The notes: a model not told the origin generated them from the letters alone. Positions 8,003 to 15,558 are shown, counted from the first letter of the stretch. The stretch is 15,558 bases of DNA from an uncultured archaeon (GCA_964534625.1 CAZHRF010000056.1:1-15558), one strand, 5' to 3'. Numbers and translations are program-made.

Positions 8003-8424
8003 TGACTGAAACAAAAAAAGTGAACATATTACCATGTAGCGGTATTGGAAAAGCTTTAGGTACATTAGCACGTTGGAGTGCTTATGAGATTGTAGAAAAT
8101 ACATTACCTGAATATACGCGCTTACTCTGTCTAGCTAGATTAGTTGTAGCTGATGAAGAGTCTAAAGAAATAATCTCAAAAAATTTTAATATTACAATGG
8201 ATGGTTGTCCAAAAGCTTGTGCAAAAAAAAATGTTGAAAGAAATGGAGGAAAAGTGCAACAATCATATCAAATTGCGAAGTTTTTAGTCAAAAATCGAGA
8301 TTTAAAGATTAATTCCCAAAATGTGATCGACCCAGGTCCAAAAGCATTACAATTAGCAAAAAGAATTTCTGACGATATTGCAGTCGATATAAAAGCATTA
8401 CTAAGTGATAAGGAGGAAAATTAA
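8002..8424 (+). CDS. DGC domain protein (putative zinc-binding)
   Basis: ILPCSG...LLCL...TMDGCPKACA. TGATG stop/start overlap with the upstream gene. Confidence 0.85.
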   Translation: MTETKKVNILPCSGIGKALGTLARWSAYEIVENTLPEYTRLLCLARLVVADEESKEIISKNFNITMDGCPKACAKKNVERNGGKVQQSYQIAKFLVKNRDLKINSQNVIDPGPKALQLAKRISDDIAVDIKALLSDKEEN

Positions 8425-8426
8425 AG

Positions 8427-8852
8427 ATGAGTCCAGCAAAGCCAAAATATGTTGGATTATTATCATGTAGTGGAGAAGAGTACCCTGGGGGGACGGTAAG
8501 TCGTATTGCTACTAGGCGTGTTCTCCAAGATATGTTACAAGCAATAACCACCACTATTTGCGTACCACTATTCTTAGCCGGAGATGAACAAGAAAGGGAT
8601 TTCGTGAAGAAGTTTCCATGTGTCACAATAGACGGGTGTGAAAAAGCATGTGCAAAAAGAGCTCTTGATGAAATGGGAATAGAGCCAGTAGAAACAATAA
8701 TTTTGAATGACTATTTCACCGAAGAAGAATATAAAGAAATTTCTGAAGGATCTGTGCATGATTTAAAGTGGAAAGATCATCCATACTGTCAAAGATTAGC
8801 AGAAACACTGGCAGATATGGCTGTAAAAATAGTGAACCCTGATCAAGATTAA
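8427..8852 (+). CDS. DGC domain protein (putative zinc-binding)
   Basis: LLSCSG...TICV...TIDGCEKACA. GGAGG ribosome-binding site at 8412-8416. Confidence 0.85.
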   Translation: MSPAKPKYVGLLSCSGEEYPGGTVSRIATRRVLQDMLQAITTTICVPLFLAGDEQERDFVKKFPCVTIDGCEKACAKRALDEMGIEPVETIILNDYFTEEEYKEISEGSVHDLKWKDHPYCQRLAETLADMAVKIVNPDQD

Positions 8853-8874
8853 TTGTAAAATTATTGGTTACTGG

Positions 8875-8895
8875 TTTTCTATGCTTTTTTCTTTC
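8875..8895 (+). terminator. T-rich archaeal-type terminator after the operon
   Basis: TTTTCTATGCTTTTTTCTTTC between the convergent stops at 8852 and 8896. Confidence 0.4.
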
Positions 8896-9315
8896 TTAAT
8901 TTTCTAAATGCTTTTGTATAATAGCTTTGAAAAAATTCGCATCGAATTCTTCATATTCTGTTTCAAGAACACTCCATTTTCCACTTTTCTCCATTCTGAT
9001 CGCTTTAGCATTAACTAATAAATTAAGGTGATGAGAAATAGTTGACTGAGATAATCCTGCAATATGTTCGATTTCGCAAGGGCATGAAATACCTTTCATA
9101 ATTAGTTTAAGTATTAAAAGTCTATTTTTATTGGCTAACGCCTTGAATAATCTTAACAATTGCTTTAACTCTGGGTCTTTTTCCCAATGGGCATATTCTT
9201 TTTTAATGAGGTCTAGTTTGTCTAAACGTTCTTCTAATGATTCCTTTATCAATCCTTGTTCATGTAGTTGATCTAGCTTGTCCTTTACTTCTTCATAGTC
9301 TACCTTTTTGTTCAT
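8896..9315 (-). CDS. arsR: ArsR/SmtB family transcriptional regulator with a CxC (alpha-3) site
   Basis: FKALA-x-x-x-RL-x-IL...SCPCEI...LSQSTISHHL-x-x-L, comparable to the ELCVCDL motif of As(III)-sensing ArsR. ATG 9315 is the likely start; 9339 and 9396 are alternatives. Confidence 0.88.
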   Translation of the reverse strand: MNKKVDYEEVKDKLDQLHEQGLIKESLEERLDKLDLIKKEYAHWEKDPELKQLLRLFKALANKNRLLILKLIMKGISCPCEIEHIAGLSQSTISHHLNLLVNAKAIRMEKSGKWSVLETEYEEFDANFFKAIIQKHLEN

Positions 9316-9493
9316 TGAATCACTTTGATTACTGTACATAAATTTTATTTTAGAAGTATAAATATATTTAGATATTAAAGAACGTGAATACGACACATCA
9401 TAACCAAAAAAATCACTAATATGAGCCTAAAGAAGAAAACCATTCAATAAAAGTATTATATTTCCTAAAAAAAATCTAGAAAAATCAGAATAC

Positions 9494-10285
9494 TTAAAAT
9501 TCTAAAGTAAGATTAATGGGACAATGATCAGATCCAAGTACATTAGACATGATGGTTGAATTTTTAACTTTGTCAACAATATCTTCTGAAACAAAGAAAT
9601 AATCCAAACGCCAACCTACATTTCTGTTCCTGGCTCGAGTTCTGTAACTCCACCAAGTATACTGGTCAGGTTGATCGTGAAAAGCTCTAAAAGTATCAAT
9701 ATATCCACTTTTAATAACTTTATCTATCCATTTTCTTTCAATAGGTAAGAAACCAGAAATGTTTTCATTAGCTTCTGGTCGGGCTAGATCGATTGGTTTA
9801 TGCGCTGTATTGACATCTCCACAAAAAACAATGGATTTACCTTGTTCTCTTTTTCTATTAATATATTCTAAAAAGTGCTCGTAAAATTCCATTTTATAGT
9901 CTAGTCGCTCTTGACTTCTTTTTCCATTAGGAAAATAAACATTGTAGAGTATAAACTCGGGAAATTCTGTTTCTAAAATTCGTCCTTCTTTGTCAAATTT
10001 TCTGATACCTAGAGAAAAATCAACGTTTAATGGTTCTTTTCGAGTATATGTTGCAACTCCACTATATCCTTTTCTTTCAGCTGAAGCCCAGAAACTACGA
10101 TAATCAGCGATATTGGTTAGTTTTTTAGGTAATTGTTCTACGCTTGCTTTAGTTTCTTGAAAACATATTACTGTGGGTGCTTCTTTTTTGACCCATTCGA
10201 TGAAATTTAAACCATTTAAGACCTCTTTCTTATAGATAGCTCTGATACCATTGACATTCCAGGAGATTAAGTCATATTTTTTCAT
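9494..10285 (-). CDS. xth: Exodeoxyribonuclease III / AP endonuclease
   Basis: SWNVNGIRA, QETK, GYSGVA, EGR, YFPNG, GD-x-N-x-AH, YTWWSYR, GWRLDYF and SDHCP motifs. Confidence 0.97.
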   Translation of the reverse strand: MKKYDLISWNVNGIRAIYKKEVLNGLNFIEWVKKEAPTVICFQETKASVEQLPKKLTNIADYRSFWASAERKGYSGVATYTRKEPLNVDFSLGIRKFDKEGRILETEFPEFILYNVYFPNGKRSQERLDYKMEFYEHFLEYINRKREQGKSIVFCGDVNTAHKPIDLARPEANENISGFLPIERKWIDKVIKSGYIDTFRAFHDQPDQYTWWSYRTRARNRNVGWRLDYFFVSEDIVDKVKNSTIMSNVLGSDHCPINLTLEF

Positions 10286-10370
10286 TAAAAATAACAAGAT
10301 ATGGTTTTAATAAAAATTTTGTTTAATTTATGACATTTTTGCACTAATAATTTTTATCTATCTTTTTGCT

Positions 10371-11108
10371 TTAATCATGTTCGTTACTAATAATTGGTTC
10401 AACATTATAAACGACTTTACCACCCCATCTCACTTCTCCTGTTCTGTAAATGGGATTATTGCGAATGTAATATATACCACTTTGAGAGAGGTTAAACCTT
10501 TCTGCTATGGTCTTGACCCTCACTCCCTGTTCTATCATAGAAAATATCTGCTCAACTATGAGTCTCTTTTCTTCATCAATCTCAAGTTTTCCTTCCACAT
10601 TTATTTTGTAGCCAAATGGTGCTCTTGTCATGGCTTTTTCTTCTTTGATCCTTCTTTTTCTTCCTTCTTTGGCTTTTTCCCTGTATTTTTTGAGTTCTTC
10701 TGCTCCCAATATATCTTTAACACGCCTAACTATCTCTTCTTTATCATCATCAACTGCGCAAATTTGGATATTTTCTCTCTTTAAAAGAATAGTAATGTGC
10801 CCTAAATAATCAATATCTCTGCTGAGTCTATCTCTTGTCTGGACCCATACTTCGTTTACTGAATTGTTTGTTTGTTTATTTTTATGAATATAGTCAAGCA
10901 AATTTTTGAATCCTGTCCTGAATTCCGGATCACTGTCCCCACTTACATTTTCATCTATAAAGAATTTGGAAATATAACGCTGAACTGAAGGATCTTTGGC
11001 TTCTAATTCATCTATATACTGATTAATCACCGCTTTTTGTGTTTCAATTCCAGATGATTGCTCATCAGTTGAGACTCGTAAATACCCTACTGCATGCACT
11101 AATGACAT
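10371..11108 (-). CDS. Serine recombinase: resolvase catalytic domain plus a short recombinase-like domain
   Basis: GYLRVST (catalytic Ser), Q, DENVSG...R-x-G and DRLSR motifs, then APFGY...IF...NPIY-x-x-G as in the DNA-binding recombinase domain. Confidence 0.9.
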   Translation of the reverse strand: MSLVHAVGYLRVSTDEQSSGIETQKAVINQYIDELEAKDPSVQRYISKFFIDENVSGDSDPEFRTGFKNLLDYIHKNKQTNNSVNEVWVQTRDRLSRDIDYLGHITILLKRENIQICAVDDDKEEIVRRVKDILGAEELKKYREKAKEGRKRRIKEEKAMTRAPFGYKINVEGKLEIDEEKRLIVEQIFSMIEQGVRVKTIAERFNLSQSGIYYIRNNPIYRTGEVRWGGKVVYNVEPIISNEHD

Positions 11109-11219
11109 ATTTACCGACTTACAAAAAGATACTTGTCTTTTATATGTTTGTATGATTATGATTCATTCTGTGCAAAAACTTTATCTATACTGACTTCATA
11201 GATTTACTGGTGATTATAT

Positions 11220-11387
11220 ATGCCAACATGTCATGATATGAAAAAAGGAGAGATCTATACCTGTGAAGGGTGTGGATTTGAAATCCAGATATTAAAGGAA
11301 TGCACATCCTGCCAAGATACAACAGATTGTAGTTGTGAAGAGCATTGTGATTTTTCCTGCTGTGGATCTCCAATGGTAAAGAAATAA
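11220..11387 (+). CDS. 55-aa Cys-rich desulforedoxin-like / metallothionein-like protein
   Basis: Not in the ORF track. MPTCHDMKKGEIYTCEGCGFEIQILKECTSCQDTTDCSCEEHCDFSCCGSPMVKK*. GGTGA ribosome-binding site at 11209-11213. A-rich BRE plus TTTATCTA at 11180-11187. Confidence 0.8.
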   Translation: MPTCHDMKKGEIYTCEGCGFEIQILKECTSCQDTTDCSCEEHCDFSCCGSPMVKK

Positions 11388-11544
11388 CAAAACCGTTCTT
11401 TTAGTAATATTTGAAGTCAAATCAAATACTATACTTTTTTTCTGTTTTCTGTTACCTGAAGTTTAACAATCTTTAAGGGGTGTCAATTAAAGTACTGAGA
11501 GAAAACTAAGAAAGCAATTTAAAATAGTATTATTTACCCGCAAA

Positions 11545-11585
11545 TTCTTTTTGAAAGCCCCGTCCTTTAGGGCGGATAAAAAGAA
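11545..11585. mobile_element. IS200/IS605-family-like subterminal hairpin (orphan end or remnant)
   Basis: GAAAGCCCCGTCCTTTAGGGCGG forms a GC-rich hairpin (CCGTCC-TTTA-GGGCGG, one G.T pair) in AT-rich DNA, flanked by TTCTTTT/AAAAGAA. It resembles IS605-group ends as I recall them. No tnpA or tnpB nearby. Confidence 0.55.
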
Positions 11586-11755
11586 GTAAAGCATACCAAC
11601 GTTAAATTAGTACATCCGAAATGGCTTAAAAATTTGTCTGAATTCGTGTAAATCATTTAGATCTAGTTTAAAACCATTTAAACTGAGATTATCTTCTTAA
11701 GAAAAGTACTAAAAATATACGAAGTATTATAAACTATTATGTCAAAAAAATACCT

Positions 11756-12991
11756 GTGTCTAACAAAAATAACCGAATGATTTGTCCAAATTGTGGTACA
11801 CAATTGGATGATGATGCAAACTTTTGCCATCAGTGTGGAGTAACAGTAGTTGATAGAACTCAACCTGTTGACACAGAAGAGAATACAGATACTAAATATT
11901 CCGCTCCTCAACAACCCATGTATCCATCCTCGCAACCTTATGGATATCAACTCCCGGTTTCTGAATATATGAAATGTCCTAAATGTAACAAGTTATATGA
12001 TAATCAAGTCACTTTTTGTAATGAATGTCAATTGTATACATATCCGTACAATAAAGGGGCATCATGGGGTAGCTGGTTTGCTTATTTTGTACTAGGCATC
12101 GTATTACTAATAATGTTTTATCCTCTCTTTTATAACTTTGAAGCTGGTTTACCTCTTACTATTGCATGTTTACCTGTTATTATTATTTTAATTGCAACAT
12201 ATTTTTCGAAAAAGACCAATCGTCCCCCGCTTAACATGGTAGCATTGACCTTATTTTATGGTCTTATTGCAGCTATTCCGATAATTATTGTAGAGTTAAT
12301 CTTGTTGGTAATTTTTGCAATAGGCTTTTTCTCAACACAAGTATCAGACGTTGCAAGAATTTTAGTGCTATCTTTTTTCATGAGTTTTATAGTGGCTGGA
12401 TTAACAGAAGAGGTTTTTAAGTTTTTATCAATAAGAATTCACGCATATAATCACCCGTCATTTCAATCACCTATGGATGGTTTTATCTATGCCATATCTG
12501 CCTCAATGGGATTTGCTTTGATTGAAAATATTCTATATGTTGTTCGAGAGACCGAAATTTCGCCTTTAATGTTGGCTTTATTAAGAGGTTTAACCGCCAT
12601 CCCACTACATGCATTATGTGGGGCATTTATGGGATATTATCTTGGAATGAATAAAATAAAAGGTAAATATTCATTATGGCATGTCCTTCTAGTGCCTATA
12701 TTTATACATGGGATCTATAATTTTTCTGTATTCAGTCTCGGTTCTTTCAGTTCAACAATGGTGAGCCTTATAGTTTCATTTTGCATAGTTATAATTGTTG
12801 GGGTTATTTTCATACCAAAGTTTAGAGAGTTAAGGAAAGAAAGCATGAATGAAGATTCAAAGTACACCAATGAATATCTTGATCCCGAAATAATAGGCGA
12901 ATATGAAGATAATCAAGGTATTTATGCACCAAATGCACAATATACCTTCCAAGAGTTCTCTGATCCAGAGAACCATTCAGATGACCAATAA
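11756..12991 (+). CDS. prsW: PrsW-family glutamic intramembrane protease with two N-terminal zinc ribbons
   Basis: GLTEEVFK, GFALIEN, PLHA and HGIYN motifs. CPNCG...FCHQCG and CPKC...FCNEC zinc ribbons. Start at GTG 11756 or ATG 11777. Confidence 0.88.
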   Translation: MSNKNNRMICPNCGTQLDDDANFCHQCGVTVVDRTQPVDTEENTDTKYSAPQQPMYPSSQPYGYQLPVSEYMKCPKCNKLYDNQVTFCNECQLYTYPYNKGASWGSWFAYFVLGIVLLIMFYPLFYNFEAGLPLTIACLPVIIILIATYFSKKTNRPPLNMVALTLFYGLIAAIPIIIVELILLVIFAIGFFSTQVSDVARILVLSFFMSFIVAGLTEEVFKFLSIRIHAYNHPSFQSPMDGFIYAISASMGFALIENILYVVRETEISPLMLALLRGLTAIPLHALCGAFMGYYLGMNKIKGKYSLWHVLLVPIFIHGIYNFSVFSLGSFSSTMVSLIVSFCIVIIVGVIFIPKFRELRKESMNEDSKYTNEYLDPEIIGEYEDNQGIYAPNAQYTFQEFSDPENHSDDQ

Positions 12992-13098
12992 GAATAAATA
13001 TATAGCTAGTTCTAGTGTTCTCTGCTGGTTTTTTTATTCTAAGTACAAAGGAAAAAATTCTTATTAGACATTCTATAGTATTTTATTGTGGATTTACT

Positions 13099-14268
13099 AT
13101 GACCAACGAGATTGTTACATACTTTGAAAAAAAAAGAAATCCTTTACCGCTTAATTATATTGCGAAAAGTATTTTAGACCTTAAAACAATAATTGCTGCA
13201 ATTAATCCTCGAGCAACAGAGGAAGTTATACGAGGGATTCTCAGAGCAGCTAAAAAAAAGCAAGCTGTCGTCATTTTTGAGTTAGCATTAAGTGAAATGT
13301 CTCTGTCAGGGGGATATACGGGTTATACACCTAAAACATTCGCTGAAAGAGTTCATTCAGCAGCAAAGAAAGAAAAATGGTTTGCATATGCTCTCCATGC
13401 GGATCATGTTACAGTTAAAAAAGGAACTGAAGAAGAAATAGAAAAGGTTAAGAAAGAAGTTATAGCTCGAATAGATGCTGGATTTACAGGTTATGCGATA
13501 GATACTTCGTTTTTATATAACAAGAATGCACCAGATGTTGAAGGACAGTTAAAAGAGATTATTGAGAAAGGATTGATTTTCTTTGATTTATTAGAAGAAA
13601 AAATGAATGGAAAACCCTATGGCATAGAAGGAGAGATAGGTGAGATTACTGGTAGTACAGAATACAGCACACCAGAAGAAGCGGTACATTATCTAAACAC
13701 ATTGAATGAACATGGTATATCCTTAGACTTCCTTGCTATAGCCAATGGATCAAAACATGGGGTAAATGTTGATGCGGAAGGAAATGTTATACCACAACTA
13801 GGAATAAACATCAAAAGAACAATTGAAGTTGTAAAAGTTATTGAAAAAGCTGGTTATGATACCAAAATAGCACAACACGGAATTACAGGGACACCTGTTG
13901 AGACAATAGCAGAAACATTTCCACATGGTAAAATAGCAAAAGGAAATATTGGTACGCATTGGCAGAGAATTGTTTATGCTGTGTTAGAAGAAAAAGAACC
14001 AGAATTGTATGAAAAAATGAGAGACTGGGTACTAAACGAATATGCAGATACCGATAAAGATGAACATAAAATATGGGCAAGCAACTCAAAAAGAGCTTGG
14101 AAACCATTCTTTGATAAAGTAGAGCGTGTAGGAGACGATGCTAAACAAGCAATATTAGAAAAAGCTCAAAGTGATATGTTTGAGTTTATAGAAGCGTTAA
14201 AAATGGAACAAACAGCTGATGCATGCTATAAATACATAAAACAAAATGAATTAGTAGATATGTATTAA
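13099..14268 (+). CDS. fba: Class II (metal-dependent) fructose-bisphosphate aldolase family protein
   Basis: LHADH, ID-x-S, EGEIG, G-x-x-HG, AQHG and K-x-NIGT motifs. ATG 13099 is preferred over GTG 13015. Confidence 0.88.
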   Translation: MTNEIVTYFEKKRNPLPLNYIAKSILDLKTIIAAINPRATEEVIRGILRAAKKKQAVVIFELALSEMSLSGGYTGYTPKTFAERVHSAAKKEKWFAYALHADHVTVKKGTEEEIEKVKKEVIARIDAGFTGYAIDTSFLYNKNAPDVEGQLKEIIEKGLIFFDLLEEKMNGKPYGIEGEIGEITGSTEYSTPEEAVHYLNTLNEHGISLDFLAIANGSKHGVNVDAEGNVIPQLGINIKRTIEVVKVIEKAGYDTKIAQHGITGTPVETIAETFPHGKIAKGNIGTHWQRIVYAVLEEKEPELYEKMRDWVLNEYADTDKDEHKIWASNSKRAWKPFFDKVERVGDDAKQAILEKAQSDMFEFIEALKMEQTADACYKYIKQNELVDMY

Positions 14269-14322
14269 TATTAAACATATTATCTATCTTCTTCTTTTAT
14301 TTTTCCTTCGTTTATATTTTAT

Positions 14323-15219
14323 CTATTTTTCCCAGAGATCAACTAAATCTTTTGAACCTCCAACAAAACCAACTTTACGATGTAAATAGTTCATATCAGT
14401 GAGCTTAGTGATGTCTAAAGGAGGAGCGTTATTTAAAGATATAGATTTTCCGTCTATAGTAAGATAATATCCATCACCACCTACTTTGGAAAGTAAGAAT
14501 AAATAAGGTAAAATTTCATAAGCTAGTCTTAGTTTAGGCTTAAAGTATCCAAAAACACCTGTTTTGTCAAAAATGTTGTTCATATCTTGAACCATACAAC
14601 CACCATAACGAAGTTTGGCTCTCTCAGCTATTTTTTTGGTAAATTTTAACTGTTTATCGGAATATTCTTCTTTTTTTCCTCCAAAGCCATATACGGGTTT
14701 AGAACTCTTACTTATATCTAATTCATCTTTGAGAACTCTAAACTTAGTTCCATCATGAATGAATTGTAAGTAACCTATCTCTGTGGCAAGATCAAAACGT
14801 AAGAAGAGGGTATAACTAGTGGTCAACGCTGCTTGTATTTTACTTGTTTTATCAATTATAAGGATAATACCCCCAGGACCACGGCTTCTAACGATGGAAG
14901 AACCATCAATAAAATCTCCTAAAACTATATGGTCACCTGTTCCATAGGTTATGTTGTTGGGAGTTGTTTCCTCACCAATCAATAAATGATAAAGATCTGA
15001 AGGAACCTTCTGTAAAAATAATTCGTGGGCAGCAATATCAAGACTAAGTTGCTGATCACCTGAAACATTGATAACACCCGAATAGTCGTGCTCATCAACC
15101 ATAAAAGTAAGAATTTGTTTTGGTACTTCTAAGCATATGTTGATGAGTGCTTTCAATAAATTGGAAAGGGATTTGGATTCAATTTCGTCAAGATAAGAAT
15201 TTAATGTGGGAAACTTCAT
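14323..15219 (-). CDS. fbp: Divergent class I fructose-1,6-bisphosphatase (FIG superfamily)
   Basis: N-x-SGD-x-Q-x-x-LD, GEE, DFIDGSS (canonical DPLDGSS), LRYGGCMVQD and KLRLAYE-x-x-P motifs. GGTGA ribosome-binding site at 15223-15227. Confidence 0.78.
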   Translation of the reverse strand: MKFPTLNSYLDEIESKSLSNLLKALINICLEVPKQILTFMVDEHDYSGVINVSGDQQLSLDIAAHELFLQKVPSDLYHLLIGEETTPNNITYGTGDHIVLGDFIDGSSIVRSRGPGGIILIIDKTSKIQAALTTSYTLFLRFDLATEIGYLQFIHDGTKFRVLKDELDISKSSKPVYGFGGKKEEYSDKQLKFTKKIAERAKLRYGGCMVQDMNNIFDKTGVFGYFKPKLRLAYEILPYLFLLSKVGGDGYYLTIDGKSISLNNAPPLDITKLTDMNYLHRKVGFVGGSKDLVDLWEK

Positions 15220-15341
15220 TGGTCACCAAAATATAAAACAAATAAAGATTTTTCAATTTTTGCCTAAAACCTTAATTTTATTCAGAACTACAAAGGAAAA
15301 AGTTCATTAAACTGGAATTGTATAACTTAAGCGATGACAAA

Positions 15342-15557
15342 ATGAGAACAACAATAAGTTTAATCAAGGCAGATATAGGGAGTTTACCTGGTCATGTTGT
15401 GGTCTATGAGGATTTGATGGACGCAGCAGATGATTTACTTGCACAAGCATTAGATGAAGGAAAAATATTAGATTATTACACATTTAATGCTGGTGATGAT
15501 ACTGAGTTATTGATGACGCATGATCATGAGTTCTTTTGGGTACTTTTGGGTACGTGA
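15342..15557 (+). CDS. N-terminal fragment of bifunctional fructose-1,6-bisphosphate aldolase/phosphatase (class V FBPase)
   Basis: MRTTISLIKADIGSLPGH...GDD-x-x-L-x-MTH carries the D11, H18, D52 and D53 metal ligands. Similarity is lost after ~15527 and TGA follows at 15555-15557. Confidence 0.85.
   Translation: MRTTISLIKADIGSLPGHVVVYEDLMDAADDLLAQALDEGKILDYYTFNAGDDTELLMTHDHEFFWVLLGT
15533..15552 (+). repeat. 10-bp tandem duplication CTTTTGGGTA x2
   Basis: Read directly at 15533-15542 and 15543-15552. Confidence 0.7.
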
Positions 15558-15558
15558 C

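Noticed and set aside
6770-8759. Minus-strand ORFs 6770-7021, 7105-7368, 8309-8626 and 8574-8759
   Set aside because: Antisense to the operon genes, with shadow-like composition and no motifs.
10371-11585. IS607 element (serine recombinase plus hairpin end)
   Set aside because: The recombinase lacks the N-terminal HTH of IS607 TnpA, there is no tnpB, and an unrelated small gene lies between it and the hairpin.
10377-14107. ORFs 10377-10784 (+), 11185-11373 (-), 11678-11950 (-) and 13883-14107 (-)
   Set aside because: Each is antisense to a better-supported gene. 11185-11373 is the shadow of the Cys-rich ORF at 11220-11387.
1-15558. tRNA, rRNA or CRISPR array
   Set aside because: No GC-rich cloverleaf, rRNA-like segment or regularly spaced repeats seen in any intergenic region.

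Overview
AT-rich window, most likely archaeal. Evidence for this is GGTGA/GGAG ribosome-binding sites, TTTATAAA-type TATA boxes, T-rich terminators and a class V FBP aldolase/phosphatase; an Asgard/Heimdallarchaeia-like origin is my inference only. The left part holds scattered housekeeping genes: partial sixA-like phosphatase, DUF1295, ArsC, a DAG-kinase-family lipid kinase, a HEAT-repeat protein, parvulin and isoaspartyl peptidase. The centre is the most interesting part. It is a tightly coupled five-gene Cys/Fe-S operon (6400-8852) encoding a stand-alone HdrA-N-terminal-like protein, a 2x[4Fe-4S] ferredoxin, a DGC-domain/lipoyl-carrier (GcvH-like) fusion and two further DGC proteins. A perfect 9-6-9 palindrome abuts its TATA box, and a convergent ArsR with a CxC As(III)-type site follows it. 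This is a candidate undescribed metalloid-responsive lipoyl/thiol redox system. Next come xth, a minimal serine recombinase, an unannotated 55-aa 10-Cys desulforedoxin/metallothionein-like ORF, an IS200/IS605-like end hairpin and a zinc-ribbon PrsW protease. The right end clusters three fructose-bisphosphate enzymes: a class II aldolase, a divergent class I FBPase and the 5' end of a bifunctional FBP aldolase/phosphatase that breaks off at the window end. All calls are from motif recognition by eye; no searches were run.
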